Source: the human T2T-CHM13v2.0 reference genome, Homo sapiens
DNA: 64,000 bases
Assembly (NCBI RefSeq): GCF_009914755.1
Contig: NC_060948.1
Reading direction: 5' to 3' (one strand)
The notes beneath the pieces are model-generated. The model was not told the DNA's origin. It was given only the letters and a program-made list of their open reading frames with translations, and did no database searches. Within the stretch, counting starts at the first letter, position 1. Each line of letters begins with the position of its first letter. Shown here piece after piece: positions 1 to 12,379 of the stretch. The position numbers were made by a program, and so were the translations under genes.

Positions 1-780
1 TGAAAAAGTGCTCATCATCACTGGCCATCAGAGAAATGCAAATCAAAACCACAATGAGATACCATCTCACACCAGTTAGAATGTCAGTCATTAAAAAGTC
101 AGGAAACAACAGGTGCTGGAGAGGATGTGGAGAAATAGGAACACTTTTACACTGTTGGTGGGACTGTAAACTAGTTCAACCATTGTGGAAGTCAGTGTGG
201 CGATTCCTCAGGGATCTAGAACTAGAAATACCACTTGACCCAGCCATCCCATTACTGGGTACATACCCAAAGGACTATAAATCATGCTGCTATAAAGACA
301 CATGCACACGTATGTTTATTGTGGCACTATTCACAATAGCAAAGACTAGGAACCAACCCAAATGTCCAACAATGATAGTCTGGATTAAGAAAATGTGGCA
401 CATATACACCATGGAATGCTATGCAGCCATAAAAAATGATGAGTTCATGTCCTTTGTAGGGACATGGATGAAATTGGAATTCATCATTCTCAGTAAACTG
501 TCGCAAGAACAAAAAACCAAACACCGCATATTCTCACTCATAGGTGGGAATTGAACAATGAGATCACATGGACACAGGAAGGGGAACATCACACTCTGGG
601 GACTGTTGTGGGGTGGGGGGAGAGGGGAGGGATAGCATTGGGAGATATACCTAATGCTAGATGACGATTTAGTGGGTGCAGCACACCAGCATGGCACATG
701 TATACATATGTAACTAACCTGCACAATGTGCATGTGTACCCTAAAACTTAAAGTATAATAATAAAAGAAAAAAAAGAAAA
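1..780 (+). mobile_element. Young L1PA (L1PA2/3-like) 3' end: ORF2 C-terminus, 3'UTR, poly(A)
   Basis: ORF 36..554 is the L1 ORF2 C-terminus ([16 protein letters not shown]...SLIGGN). It is followed by the G-rich 3'UTR and an A-tail at ~755-780, and interrupts the older antisense L1 that follows. Confidence 0.93.
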
Positions 781-3700
781 TAGTGCTGCAATACACATAC
801 GTGTGCATAGGTCTTTATAATAGAATTATTTATATTCTTTGGGTGTATAAACTGTAATGGGATTGCTGGGTCAAATGGTATTTCTGGTACTAGATGCTTG
901 AGGAATTGCCACACTGTCTTCCACAATGGTCAAACTAATTTACATTCCCAAAAAGAGTGTAAAGGCATTCCTGTTTCTCCACAGCCTCACCAGCATCTGT
1001 ATTTTCTTGACTTTTTAATAATTGCCTTTCTGACTGGCATAAGATGGTATCTCATTGTGGTTTTGATTTGTGTTTCTCTGAGATTAGTGATGTTGACCTT
1101 TTTTCAATGTTTATTGGCTGCATAAATGTCTTTTTTTGAGAAATGTCTGTTCATATCCTTTGCCTACTTTTTGATGGGGTTGTTTGTTTTTGTCTTGTAC
1201 ATTTGTTTAAGTTTCTCATAGATTCTGCATGTTAGCCCTTTGTCAGATGGATAGATTGCAAAGATTTTCTCCCATTCTGTATGTTGCCTGTTCATTCAGA
1301 TAATAGGTTCTTTTGATATGCAGAAGCTCTTTAGTTTAATTAAATCCCATTTGTCAATTTTGGCTTTTGTTGCAATTGCTTTTGGTGTTTTATTCATGAA
1401 TTCTTTTCTCATGCCTATGTCCTGAATGGTATTGCTTAGGTTTTCTCCTAGGGTTTTTATGGCTTTAGGTCTTACATTTAAGTCTTTAATCTCTCTTGAG
1501 TTAATTTTTGTATAAGGTGTAAGGAAGGGATCCAGTTTTAGTTCTCTGCATATGGCTAGCCAGTGTTCCTAACACCATTTATTAAATAGAGAATCCTTTC
1601 CCCATTGCTTGTTTTTGTCAGGTTTGTCAAAGATCAGATGGTTGTAGATGTGTAGTATTATTTCTGAGATCTGTGTTTTGTTCCATTAGTCTACGTATCT
1701 GTTTTGGTACCAGTACCAAATTTTGGTTACTGTAGCCTTGCAGTATAGAAGTCAGGTAGTGTGATGCCACCAGCTTTGTTCTTTTTGCTTAGGGTTGTCT
1801 TGGCTGTACAAGGTGTTCTTTCATTCCATATGAACTTTAAAGTAGTTTTTTTTTTTTTTATTCTGTGAAGAACATCAATGGTACTTTGATGGGAATAGCA
1901 CTGAATCTATAAATTGCCTTGGGCAGTAAGGCCATTTTTATAATAATGATTCTTCCTATCCATGAGGATGGAATGTTTTTCCATTAGTTTGTGTGCTGTC
2001 TTATTTCCCTGAGCATTGGTTTGTAGTTCTTCTTGAATAGGTCCTTCACATCCCTTGTTAACTGTATTCCTAGGTATTTTATTCTCTTTGTAGCAACCGT
2101 GAATGGGAGTTCATTCAAGATTTGGCTCTCTGCTTGTGTATTGCTGATGTAAAGGAATGCCTGGGATTTGGGCACATTAATTTTTGTATCCTGAGACTTT
2201 GCTGAAGTTGCTTATCAGCTAACGGAGTTTTTGGGCTGACATGATGGAGTTTTCTAAATGTAGAAATATCTCATCTGTAAACAGAGACAATTTGACTTCC
2301 TCCCTTCCTATGTAAATCTCTGGCCTGATTGCCTTGGCCAGAACTTCCAATATCATGTTGAGTAGGACGGCTAAGAGAGAGCATCCTTGTTTGTAGCAGG
2401 TTCCAAACTGAATGCTTCCAGCTTTTGCCCATCCAATATCATACTGGCTGCAGGTTTGTCATAAATAGCTCTTTTTATTTTGAGATATCTTCCATCAACA
2501 CCTAGTTTACTAAGTGTTTTTAACATGAAAGGATGTTGAATTTTATTGAAGGCCTCTTCTGCATCTATTATTGAAGGCCTCTTCTGCATCTATTGCTATA
2601 ATCATATGGTTTTGCTTTGGTTCTATTTATGTGATGGATTATGTTTATTGATTTACATATGTTGAACCAGGCTTGCATCTCAGGGATTAAGCTGACTTGA
2701 TCATTGTGGATGGATAAGTTTTTTGATGTTCTGCTGGATTTGGTTTGCCAGTACTTTATTGAGGATTTTCACATCAATGTTCATCACAGATATTGGTCTG
2801 AGGTTTTCTTTTTTTGTAGTGTCTCTGCCAAGTTTTGGTTATCAGGATGATGCTGGACTCATAACATGAAGTTAGGGAAGAGTACCTCCTTTTTAATTAT
2901 TTGGAATAGATTCAGAAGGAATGGTACTAGGTCTTCTTTGTACCTCTGGTAAAATTCAGCTGTGAATGTGTCTGGCCCTGGGCTTTTCTGGGGTTGGTAA
3001 GCTATGAATTATTGCCTCAATTTCAGAACGTGTTATTGGTCTATTCAGGGATTTGATCTCTTCTTGGTTTAGTCTTGGGGAGGTTCATGTGTCCAAGAAT
3101 TTACCCATTTCTTCTAAATTTTGTAGTTTATTTTTATAGAGGTGTTTATAGTACTCTCTGATGGTAGTTTCTATTTCTGTGGGGTCAGTGGCAATACCCC
3201 TTTATCATTGTTTATTGTGTCTATTTGATTCTTCTCTCTTTTATTGATCTAGCCAGCAGTATATTTTGTTAGTTTTTTCAAAAAAAAACAGCCCCTGCAT
3301 TCATTGAATTTTGGAGTGTTTTTTGTGTCTCTTTCTCCTTCAGTTCTGCTCTGATCTTAGTTATTTCTTGTCTCATGCTGGCTTTTGAATTAGTTTGCTC
3401 TTGCTTATCTAGCTCTTTTAATTATGATGTTAATTTCATTCGTATCACTCCTGTCTGTGTGAAGAGACCACCAAACAGTCTTTGTGTGAAGAACAAGGCT
3501 GTTTATTTCACCTGGTTTCAGACAAGCTGAGTCCAAAAAGAGAGTCAGTGAAGTGAGATAGGGATGGGGCCATTTTATGGGATTTGGGTAGGTAAAGGAA
3601 AATGAGTCAAAGGGGATTGTTCTTAGGCGGGGCAGGGGCGGGGTCACAAGGTGCTCAGTGGGGGAGCTTTTGAGCCAGGATGAGCCAAGAGAAGGAATTT

Positions 3701-6700
3701 CACAAGCTAATGTCATCAGTTAAGGCAGGAACAGGCCATTTTCCTGTCCTTTGTGGTGGAATGTCATCAGTTAAGGCAGGAACAGGCCATCTGGATGTGT
3801 AGGTGCAGGTCACAGGGGATATGATGGCTTATCTTGGGCTCAGAGGCCTGACAGTTAGGGTGTCATTTCAGATTTTTCTAGCCTTCTGATGTAGCATTTA
3901 GTGCCATAAATTTCCCTTTTGACACTACTTTAGCTGTGTCCCAGAGATTCTGGTATGTTGTCTCTTTCTTCTCATTGGTTTCAGAGAACTCCTTGATTTC
4001 TTCCTTAATTTACCCAGGAGTCATCCAGGAGCAGACTGTTCAACTTTTATGTAATTGGGCAGTTTTTATTGAGTTTCTTAATCTGAGTTTTAATTTGATT
4101 GCACTGTGATCTGAAGGACTGTTTGTTATGGTTTTACTTCTTTTGCATTTGCTGAGGAGTGTCTTACTTCCAATTACATAGTCAATTTAAGAAATAGTGC
4201 CATGTGGCACGGAGAAGAATGTATATTCTATTGATTTAGGGTGGAGCACTCCATAGATATTTATTAGGTCCACTAGATAATCAGAGTTGAGTTCAAGTTC
4301 AAGCTGATTATCCTTGTTAATTTTCTGTCTCATGGATCTGTCTAATGTTGACAGTAGGATGTTAAAGTCTCCCACTATTATTGTGTGGGAGTTTATGTCT
4401 CTTTGTAGGTCTATAGGAACTTGTTTTATAAATCTGAGTGCTCCTGTATTGGGTGCATATATATTTAGGATAGTTAGCTCTTCTTGTTGAATTGATCCTT
4501 TTGCTATTATGTATCGTTTGTCTTTTTTGATCTCTGTTGGTTCAAAGTATGTTTTTTTCAGAGGCTAGGATTGCAACCCCTGCTCTTTTTTTGCTTCCTA
4601 TTTGTTCATTTGCTTGGTACATTTTCCTCCATTCCTTTATTTTGAGACTATGTGTGTCTTTGCATAGGAGATGGTCTCCTAAGTAAAGCATACTGATGGG
4701 ACTTGACTCTTTATCCAATTTGCTAGTCTGTGTCTTTTAATTGGGATATTTAGCCCATTTACATTTAAGGTTAATACTCTTATGTGTGAATTCGGTCCAG
4801 TCATCATGATGCTAACTGGTTATTTTGCACACTAGTTGATGCAGTTTCTTCATAGTGTCATTGGTCTTTATATTTCAGTGTGTTTTTGCAGTTGGTGTTC
4901 TGGTTTTCCTTTACATATTTAGTGCTTCTTTCAGGAGCTCTCGCAAGGGCAGGCCTGGTGGTGATGAAACCCCTCAGCATTTGCTTCTCTGGAAAGGATT
5001 TTATTTCTCCTTCACGTATGAAGCTTAGTTTGGCTGGATATGAAATTCTTAGTTGAAAATTTTTTCTTTAAGAATGTTGAATATTAGCCCCTAATCTCTT
5101 CTGCTTTGCAAGGTTTCTGCTGATATGTCTGCTGTTACTCTTATGGGCTTTCCTTTTTTAGGTGACCTGGCCTCTCTCTCTGGCTTCCCTTAACATTTTT
5201 TCCTTCATTTCAACCTTGGAGAATCTGATGATTATATGTCTTGAGGTTGATCTTCTTGTGGAGTATCTTAGTGTTGTTCTTTATATTTCCTTAATATGCA
5301 TGTTGGCCTGTCTTGCTAGGTTGGGAGATTTCTGCTGGATAATGTCTGAAGTGAGTTTTCCAGTTTGATTCCATTCTCCCCATTTCCTTCAGGTACTCAA
5401 ATCAATCGTAGATTCAGTCTCTTTACATAGTCCCATATTTCTTGAAGGCTTTGCTTGTTTCTTTTCATTCTTCTTTCTCTAATCGTGTCTGCAAACCTTA
5501 TTTGAGCAAGGTGGCCTTCAAACTCATATCCTTTCTTCTGCATGGTTGATTTGGCTATGATACTTGTGTATGCTTCACAAAGTTCTCATGCTGTGTTTTT
5601 CAGCTCCATCATGTCACTTATGTAACTCTCTAAATTAGATATTCTAGTTAGCAGCTCCCCTAACCTTTTATCAAGGCTCTTAACTTCTTTGCATTGGGTT
5701 AGAACATGCTCCTTTAGCTCAGTGTACTTTCTTATTACCCATCTTCTGAAACCTACTTATATCATTTTATCCATCTCATCCTCCATCCAGTTTTGTGTCC
5801 TTGCTGGAGAGGCATTGCCATCATATGGAGGACAAGCACTCTGGCCTTCTGGGTTTTCAGCGTTTTTTTCATTGATTCTTTCTCATATTTATGGGTTTGT
5901 CTATTAACACTTTGAGGCTGCTGAGCCTGAACGGGCTTTTTGTGGGGACTTTTTGTGGTCATTGATGGTGTTGTTATTGGTTTCTGTTTGTATTTCTTTC
6001 AATGGTTTGATCCCTCGTCTGTAGGGCTGCTGTGATTTGCTGGGGGTTCACTTCACGCCCTATTCATGTGGTACACTCCCATGCTTGGAGATGTTACTCA
6101 AAGAGGCGGGGAAACAGCAAAGATGGGTGGTTGCTCCTTCTTCTGGGATCTCTGGCCTCTTGGGGCACCAACCTGATGCCAGTAGGACAGCTCCTCTATA
6201 GGGATCTGAAAACCCTTGTTGGTGGATCTTATCCAGTTGAGTAGCACAGGGAACAGGACCCATTTAATGAAGCACTTTGACTGTCTCTTGGTGTAGGGGT
6301 ATGCTTTGCTGGAGGGAAAATCACTCATCTGGGCTGCCTGGATTCTTCAGATCTGCCAGGAGGAAAGGCTAAGTCTGCTTGTCCCCAGAGACTGTGACCA
6401 CACCTCTAGGGGCTCAGAGCCAGGGAGACGAGGGTTCTGATATCTCCAACAACTGAGCCTCTGGCTGGAGTTGCTGGATTCCTCCAGGGAGGCCCACTCA
6501 TTGAGGAAGAATGGGTTGACCAGGCCTGAAGAGGTGCCCTGTCTGCAGTCTGCCACAGTTAGATTGTGTGGGACACCTCTTGGGACCAAGCTGTCCAGCT
6601 GTCCAGCCTCCCTGGCTCCAGCAGGGGAAAAGCATAGCCTGGGGCATAGAGATGGATGCCACCCTTCCCCAACTTGCGGAGCTTAGCGTGTTACGCAGCC

Positions 6701-7005
6701 ATCAGTCTCAGTGCTTGCTGCTGCCCCTCCCTCACAGACTACAAACTGCTTAGGCAGTAGGCAGCTGCAGCTGTGGTGCTGGTCAGCCCTCCCCCAAGGA
6801 ACTCAACAGGCTTAAGCAGATTCTAGCTGAGAGGCTTTTAAGAATCTTCAGGGCTCCAGAATTGGGACCCTAGGCCCCAGTGGCATGAGTTCATGAATGG
6901 CACTTTTCAATCTGTGGATTGCACTGTTCTGTGGGACATGGTTTCCCAGGCTGGGTATCAAGCTCACTCACCACCTCCCTTGGCTGTGGGGTGGGGGCTC
7001 CCCGG
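781..7005 (-). mobile_element. Older, near full-length degenerate L1 (ORF2, ORF1, 5'UTR)
   Basis: Minus-strand ORF2 fragments (1984..2175 [15 protein letters not shown], 2371..2589, 4187..4375 endonuclease GDFN), then ORF1-like and GC-richer 5'UTR-like sequence to ~7000. Many stops and frameshifts. Confidence 0.88.
3434..3853 (-). mobile_element. Solo HERV-H LTR (LTR7 family) inserted in the L1
   Basis: Minus strand begins TGTCAGGCCTCTGAGCCCAAG and ends ...GGTGGTCTCTTCACACAGAC...TGAAA. A 31-bp U3 repeat occurs twice (3709-3739, 3760-3790). 5-bp TSD GTTAA (3429-3433) / GTTAG (3854-3858); the L1 continues on both sides. Confidence 0.88.
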
Positions 7006-8256
7006 GGTAGCAAGGGAACTCCTCGCTCCTGAGCTCATGGAAGGCTGAATGCTGGGATTGATTCCAGTCCTGCCAGCAAGGAAGGAGTGCTGAGAAAAGC
7101 CAGAACATTTTGACTGTACTTCTGTCATAGTATTATTACTATGACAGAAAAGGCCATTTGGCATTTTTAGTTGTTATTTGTAGGCTTCTTTTATCCCTTT
7201 CGTAATTTCTAGATTCCTTAAGGATGTGGACCTAACTATTTTCAACAGCACATAGAGTAGTGCCCTGCCCTAGACTGTGCTTATGTGGACTCAATTGATT
7301 AGAATTGGTCCAGGCCAATTGATTAAAAGTTTTTCTACCTTTAAAAAATTTCTACCTTTAAAAAATTGAATCTAAGTTCTTTAAAATGAAGTTATTTGCT
7401 TGAATATTGACACCCTTCCAGTAAAGTTGTGTTTATCCATTCCAGAAAATGATTAAGGGGTCTTAATCATAAGGGTACTGAAATAAAGTTACCATGGGTG
7501 CATGTAATATAAACCCCGCAAAGACTGTTTACAATTCCGTGTGGGTGTAGGCAAAAAAAAAAGGGATTCAAATGTAAATATGAGTGGCACAGAAAACCTG
7601 TTTGGAGTCCATTTTATGCATCTGTTAACATTTTGAAGGCTGTGCAATACAATTTATCATCTTAAAGTTTATGAAGTGAAATAAATGACTTGTATATAAC
7701 ATAACTGCAATTCCCTATTTGAAGTTCCATTAATAACATCTCTTAAGAAAACAAATTACTTAAATAATTTTCAATTCAGTATATTATTATGCATATCACA
7801 TAATTTTATTTAAAAATCATTTTCTATAGAATGAGATCAAAAAACCAGATTTTGATTGCTGATGTGGTGTGAAGTACACAACCAGTATTCCATATCCTAA
7901 TTTGTTTTGTAATACAGTCTTCAAAAGTTTATCTTTTTAAATGCAAAGAAATTGTCATATAAACTTCCCTTCATTTGGTTCAGGTTTCAGTGATTGTATA
8001 TGTTCATACATTTTTATTTTATCAACGATTTTAACTGATGTGTAAACTTCATTTTTTAAAAAGATTTGACGTAGTATAATTTCAGTTTTCTCTAAAAAGA
8101 AATATAGTCCCTATTTGCTTGCCAAATGGTGAATTTGTATGAGTAAATGAGCAGTTCTTACCTTATTCAAGAATACTCATTCATAATATGTTGTCTCAAA
8201 TGATAGGAAAATTTAAGTTTCATTCAACACAAAGACATGAATGATTTTTAAAACAT

Positions 8257-8262
8257 TTTATT
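8257..8262 (-). terminator. AMELY: AMELY polyadenylation signal AATAAA
   Basis: TTTATT on the + strand, 135 nt after the stop codon, at the end of exon 7. Confidence 0.85.
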
Positions 8263-8396
8263 GTCTACTATTGGTACATTTTTAGTTACAGAATTTGCTA
8301 AGTTAAGTGATTGTAAGCAAAAATCATTGTGTGCTTGTGTCATCCCTGAAAGCAACTAAAGTGTTTACTTCAGTTCCTGTCTCATATTCTGGTCTT

Positions 8397-8402
8397 TTAA
8401 TC
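8397..8402 (-). CDS. AMELY: AMELY exon 7 coding part (Asp + stop); the exon continues as 3'UTR to ~8242
   Basis: Minus strand ttttgctatttttttcag|GAT TAA. Amelogenin exon 7 is known to encode only the terminal D. Confidence 0.93.
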   Translation of the reverse strand, partial: D

Positions 8403-8959
8403 CTGAAAAAAATAGCAAAAGGAACAATTAAATAATTTAATTGTTTCCAGTGAGTACCATTTACAATACATGTATGCCTTCGGTTTTGTCAAACCAATGT
8501 ACAACCACTTAAGTTGAACTCTATAATTTCCAAAGTTTCTTTGTTCATTCGTTGTCATTAGATATTAGGTGTCCATGAAGCCTTCTTCTACCTTTGGAAC
8601 ACTTAAAGCCTATTATTTTATAACAAAATAACAATTGCTACCTTTCTTTGAGTAATTCTTGCATGCCAGGTTCCAAGCTCACCATGCTATTTTATTTTTC
8701 TTAAAACAACTCTAAGAAACTATTATTTATACTCAAATTTTATACGAAAAGAAACTGAGTTTTAAAGAGTTCAAACTATCTGCCCAAAGTCACCTTTCCA
8801 TAAATAGCTTTGTCAAGGTGTGAGCACATTATAAATCCACGGTGTTAATTCTTAATAAGGAGATAAATAAATGCATTTTCTATGCACAGAGAGAACATGT
8901 GCTTTAGACTAGAATAGCCAATGATAGTCGTCAGATTACTTGGGATTCAATCAATTTCC

Positions 8960-9280
8960 TTTCTTTTTTTTTTTTTTTTTTTTTTGAGGCGGAGTTTCAC
9001 TCTTGCTACCCAGGCTGTAGCTCAATGGCACGATCTTGGCTCACTGCAACCTCCACTTCCTCGGTTGAAACAATTCTGCTGCCTCAGCCTCCCTTGTAAT
9101 TGGAATTACAGGCATCTGCTTCCACGCCCAACTAACTTTTTTTTTTCCCTTCGTGTTTTTAGTAGAGATGTGGTTTCACCATGTTGACCAGGCTGGTCTC
9201 AAACTCCTGACCTCAGGTGATCCACCTGTCTGGGCTTCTCAAAGTGCTGAGATTACAAGTGTGAGCCACCCCACCCAGCC
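8960..9280 (-). mobile_element. AluS in AMELY intron 6
   Basis: Full Alu dimer with T-tail. TSD TCAATCAATTTCC (8947-8959) / TCAATCAATTTTC (9281-9293). Confidence 0.92.
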
Positions 9281-10361
9281 TCAATCAATTTTCAAAAATT
9301 CTGCCCCATATTCTCTGTAAACATGCTCACAATTATTAAGCCATTTATAACATATATTATGATTTTTTAATTCAGAAGTTATCACATTTATACCTGGACA
9401 GAGGCTTGAAAATGATCTGATTTTGTCATTTTCCCCCATTTAAAAGAAACGAAAATACTCACACATTTGAAGTAACTTTTACAATAGTGCCTCCTTTTTG
9501 AGGGCAAAGCCAGAACTTGAACCTAGCTGTCCTGGCTGTCTATCCTGGTCATTTCCACCTCACTTTTCTCTGCTTCTCAGTAGTATATCATCAATAGCTT
9601 GTATAAATTGGAATTACAGTTGGATACATATAAGTGATAGATCACATAATCTTATATACGTAGAAATAAGATTTTATGGATGTGGATAAAGTTTTTTTAT
9701 TGATTATTCCCATTCATTTGTAAGTGCTTCTTGTAATGGGAGATTCAGTCATAAATTGAGGTAACTTCTTTTTAAAAGCTTAATCATCTATAGAATCTCA
9801 GCACTAAAAAGGACTCTAACAGCATGTTTAGTTTAGCCTCCTCCAAGTTAGACTGAAAACTACTGAAAATGGGAAACCTTCGTATAGGTTTTTTTAAAGA
9901 GATTTCCCATCTACCTTTCATAGCTTGTTCAAATATATGCACTCTAAAAATTACCCACCCCATCTTATCTTAAGCCTTCACTGCAATTCTAGCCTCTTCT
10001 TGTGAGTCAAATCTTTGAAATGAAAGAACTGATATTCCCTTATTGCTGTTGCCCTTAAAATTAAGAGGGTTTAATAATATATTTTTCTATTAATGGGTTG
10101 TCATAATATACAGTCTGGTAGAAATTCAATAATAATAAAATTTAAACCTATCATAAAAACTGTGTTCTTAATTACCAAGCCATTTAGATAAATTTGTTTA
10201 TAATGTAAAGATACAACATATTACTTGGACTAATAGAATCATAGATCTGTAACTACTACAACTCTAGACCCTGAGTTGTTGGACCCCTTAGAACTCTGGG
10301 GCCAACTTTGCTGCACCATTTTCACAGGATTTGCATTGTAGTGGCTTCAAGGTGTACTCAC

Positions 10362-10787
10362 CACTTCCTCCTGCTTGGTCTTGTCTGTTGCTGGCCAAGC
10401 TTCCAGATGCAGATCAGGAAGTATGGGGGGCAGGGGCCGCAGGGGGAACATTGGAGGCAGAGGTGGCTGTGGCAGCAGGGGCTGCATGGGTTGCACAGGT
10501 GGCTGGGGCTGCATGGGCTGGTGAGGCTGTGGCTGAACAGGCTGGGGCTGGAAGGGCTGCTGGGCAGGCAGAGGGAGGTTTGGCTGATGGTGTTGGGTTG
10601 GAGTCATGGATTGCTGGCCAGGAACAGGCATCAGTGCTTGCTGGCGGACCCTGGGCTGCTGAGCTGGCACCACTGGGATGTGGTGATGAGACTGCAGGGT
10701 GTGAGTCAGGGGGTGCTGTTGGGACACCACGGGGATGATTTGGTGGTGCAGCCATCCACCCATGGGCTCGTAACCATAGGAAGAGTA
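10362..10787 (-). CDS. AMELY: AMELY exon 6 (426 nt, 142 aa Pro/Gln/His-rich core)
   Basis: Acceptor tttctcaccag|TAC TCT TCC and donor GAA GTG|gtgagt. Encodes [19 protein letters not shown]...QPQP...[14 protein letters not shown]. Confidence 0.98.
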
Positions 10788-11056
10788 CTGGTGAGAAACA
10801 GAGATGCAGGTTTACCATTGGCTCACGTGACTCCAACCAGAGAAGCAGCAGTGTTGTCTTTGCCATTATGGCCATAGGAATATTGTATTTATCTTTCCTT
10901 TGCAAAAATTTGTAACTGTGTACACAGACATGATTTTTTACAAACTAAATTTCCCATTAGTGTCTGTATGTGGAGTACACATGGTATTTTCTTAAAATGG
11001 GAATTTAAATGCATGCCTAATATTTTCAGGGAATAAAGAACAAAATGTCTACATAC

Positions 11057-11101
11057 TGGTGGTCTTATCATGCTCTGGTACCACTTCAAAGGGGTGAGCA
11101 C
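11057..11101 (-). CDS. AMELY: AMELY exon 5 (45 nt, VLTPLKWYQSMIRPP)
   Basis: ctttctcttaag|GTG ... CCA|gtatgt. Contains the extra Met that AMELX (SIRPP) lacks. Confidence 0.97.
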
Positions 11102-11192
11102 CTTAAGAGAAAGATATATTAGAATCCATTTGATTTAATTTACTTTCATCCCATGCAGAAATTCACTGATGCGGTAGGAAATATAGACTCAC

Positions 11193-11234
11193 TAAAGCAA
11201 TCCTGTCAACATTGATAGCCTGAGAATGTGAGTT
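11193..11234 (-). CDS. AMELY: AMELY exon 4 (42 nt, NSHSQAINVDRIAL; usually skipped)
   Basis: ttctcttgtag|AAC TCA ... GCT TTA|gtgagt. In-frame cassette matching amelogenin exon 4. Confidence 0.9.
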
Positions 11235-12172
11235 CTACAAGAGAAAGAAGAAGGTAAAACATTTGTTGGGTACTTCCTGTGTGTCAGGCACTGTGTTTAC
11301 ATCCATCACACACATTCTTCATCTTTCCTTATATGCTAGGAGGCAAGTATTGTTACTCTCACTTTTTAGATAAGGTCATGGGAAGTTAAAGAGATTCATT
11401 AACTTGACTGAAGTTACAAAGGGAGTAAATCTGTTTATTTCCATAGGTCCTGCTTTTCATTGTAAGAGCAAAGCAAACATAAAATTATGCCGCAATAATG
11501 TGACATAATGTTAATTTCATCTTTCCTTTGATGTCACAATGGGGAAAAAAGCGGTGCAAACACTGTCCCTCAACCTAAAAACACAGATTTTACTGATCAA
11601 ATTTGTCAATCTTTTAGGTTTAACAGAAAACCTTGCCTCAGATTCTTATTAACATTTGTCAGCAGCTTGTGTAAGTAAATAAACTCACAGATTGTTACCT
11701 GAACCTATGAGAGAAGTAAGAATTTTATTCCTTTCTGAACAGTATACACACTTAGTTAACCTTAGGTTTGGGGATTCTTTATATGGTAATACAGCATGTA
11801 ATCAATAAAAAAAAATCAGTTACCTTGCTCATATTATACTTGACAAAGCAGTTTTTATAATTGTTAACTATATTATTCTCCAATATTTTGAAATGTGAAT
11901 ATTACAGTAATTTCCCTTGTCCAAATGAGAAAACCAGGGTTCCAAAGAGAGGAAATTATTTGCCCAAAGTTAGTAATTTTACCTAATCTTTACATTTTAC
12001 CGGATGGGATAGAACCAAGCTGGTCAGTCAGAGTTGACTTTTTGCCCTTTCATGGAACCTTCCTGAGCAGTGGTTCATGAATGAATAAACTTACAGCCAT
12101 ATTTAGGAGGAAAGAGTCAATCCGAATGGTCAGGCAGGAGGGTGCTGGAGCAACACAGGCTTGAGGCCAACC

Positions 12173-12284
12173 ATCAGAGCTTAAACTGGGAAGCTGATGG
12201 TAGGAACTGTAAAATTGGGACCACTTGAGAAACCACTTTATTTGGGATGAAGAATCCACCCACTATTCTTTACAGAGCCCAGGG
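12173..12284. other. AMELY: Forensic amelogenin sex-typing amplicon, Y allele (112 bp)
   Basis: Primer sites ATCAGAGCTTAAACTGGGAAGCTG (from 12173) and the reverse complement of CCCTGGGCTCTGTAAAGAATAGTG (ending 12284) span 112 bp. The AAAGTG hexamer (CACTTT at 12234-12239) is the segment absent from the 106-bp X allele. Confidence 0.93.
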
Positions 12285-12331
12285 GACTGCTAATGCAAAC
12301 AGTGATCAAAATTAGTAAAGAGAAAAATTAC

Positions 12332-12379
12332 CTCATAGCTGAAGTTGATATAACCAGGGTGCCCAGGATGAGGTGGTAG
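12332..12379 (-). CDS. AMELY: AMELY exon 3 (48 nt, [16 protein letters not shown])
   Basis: ccctataaaag|CTA CCA CCT ... TAT GAG|gtaatt. Includes the conserved phospho-Ser16 motif SYE. Confidence 0.97.

Noticed and set aside
36-554. L1 ORF2 C-terminal ORF as a host gene or active element
   Set aside because: It is retrotransposon sequence, and the rest of the element is outside the window, so intactness cannot be judged.
2543-2592. 25-bp tandem duplication (also an 18-bp one near 7332-7367)
   Set aside because: Ordinary slippage duplications with no spacers; not CRISPR-like or functional.
10347-10763. 138-aa ORF as a standalone gene ending EEVVSTP
   Set aside because: It starts at an internal Met and reads through the exon 6 donor; the real C-terminus is spliced to exon 7 (D-stop).
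10308-10905. Overlapping ORFs 10308..10877 (+), 10331..10738 (+) and 10414..10905 (-)
   Set aside because: Antisense or alternate-frame shadows of the CAG/CCN-rich AMELY exon 6, with no independent gene signals.
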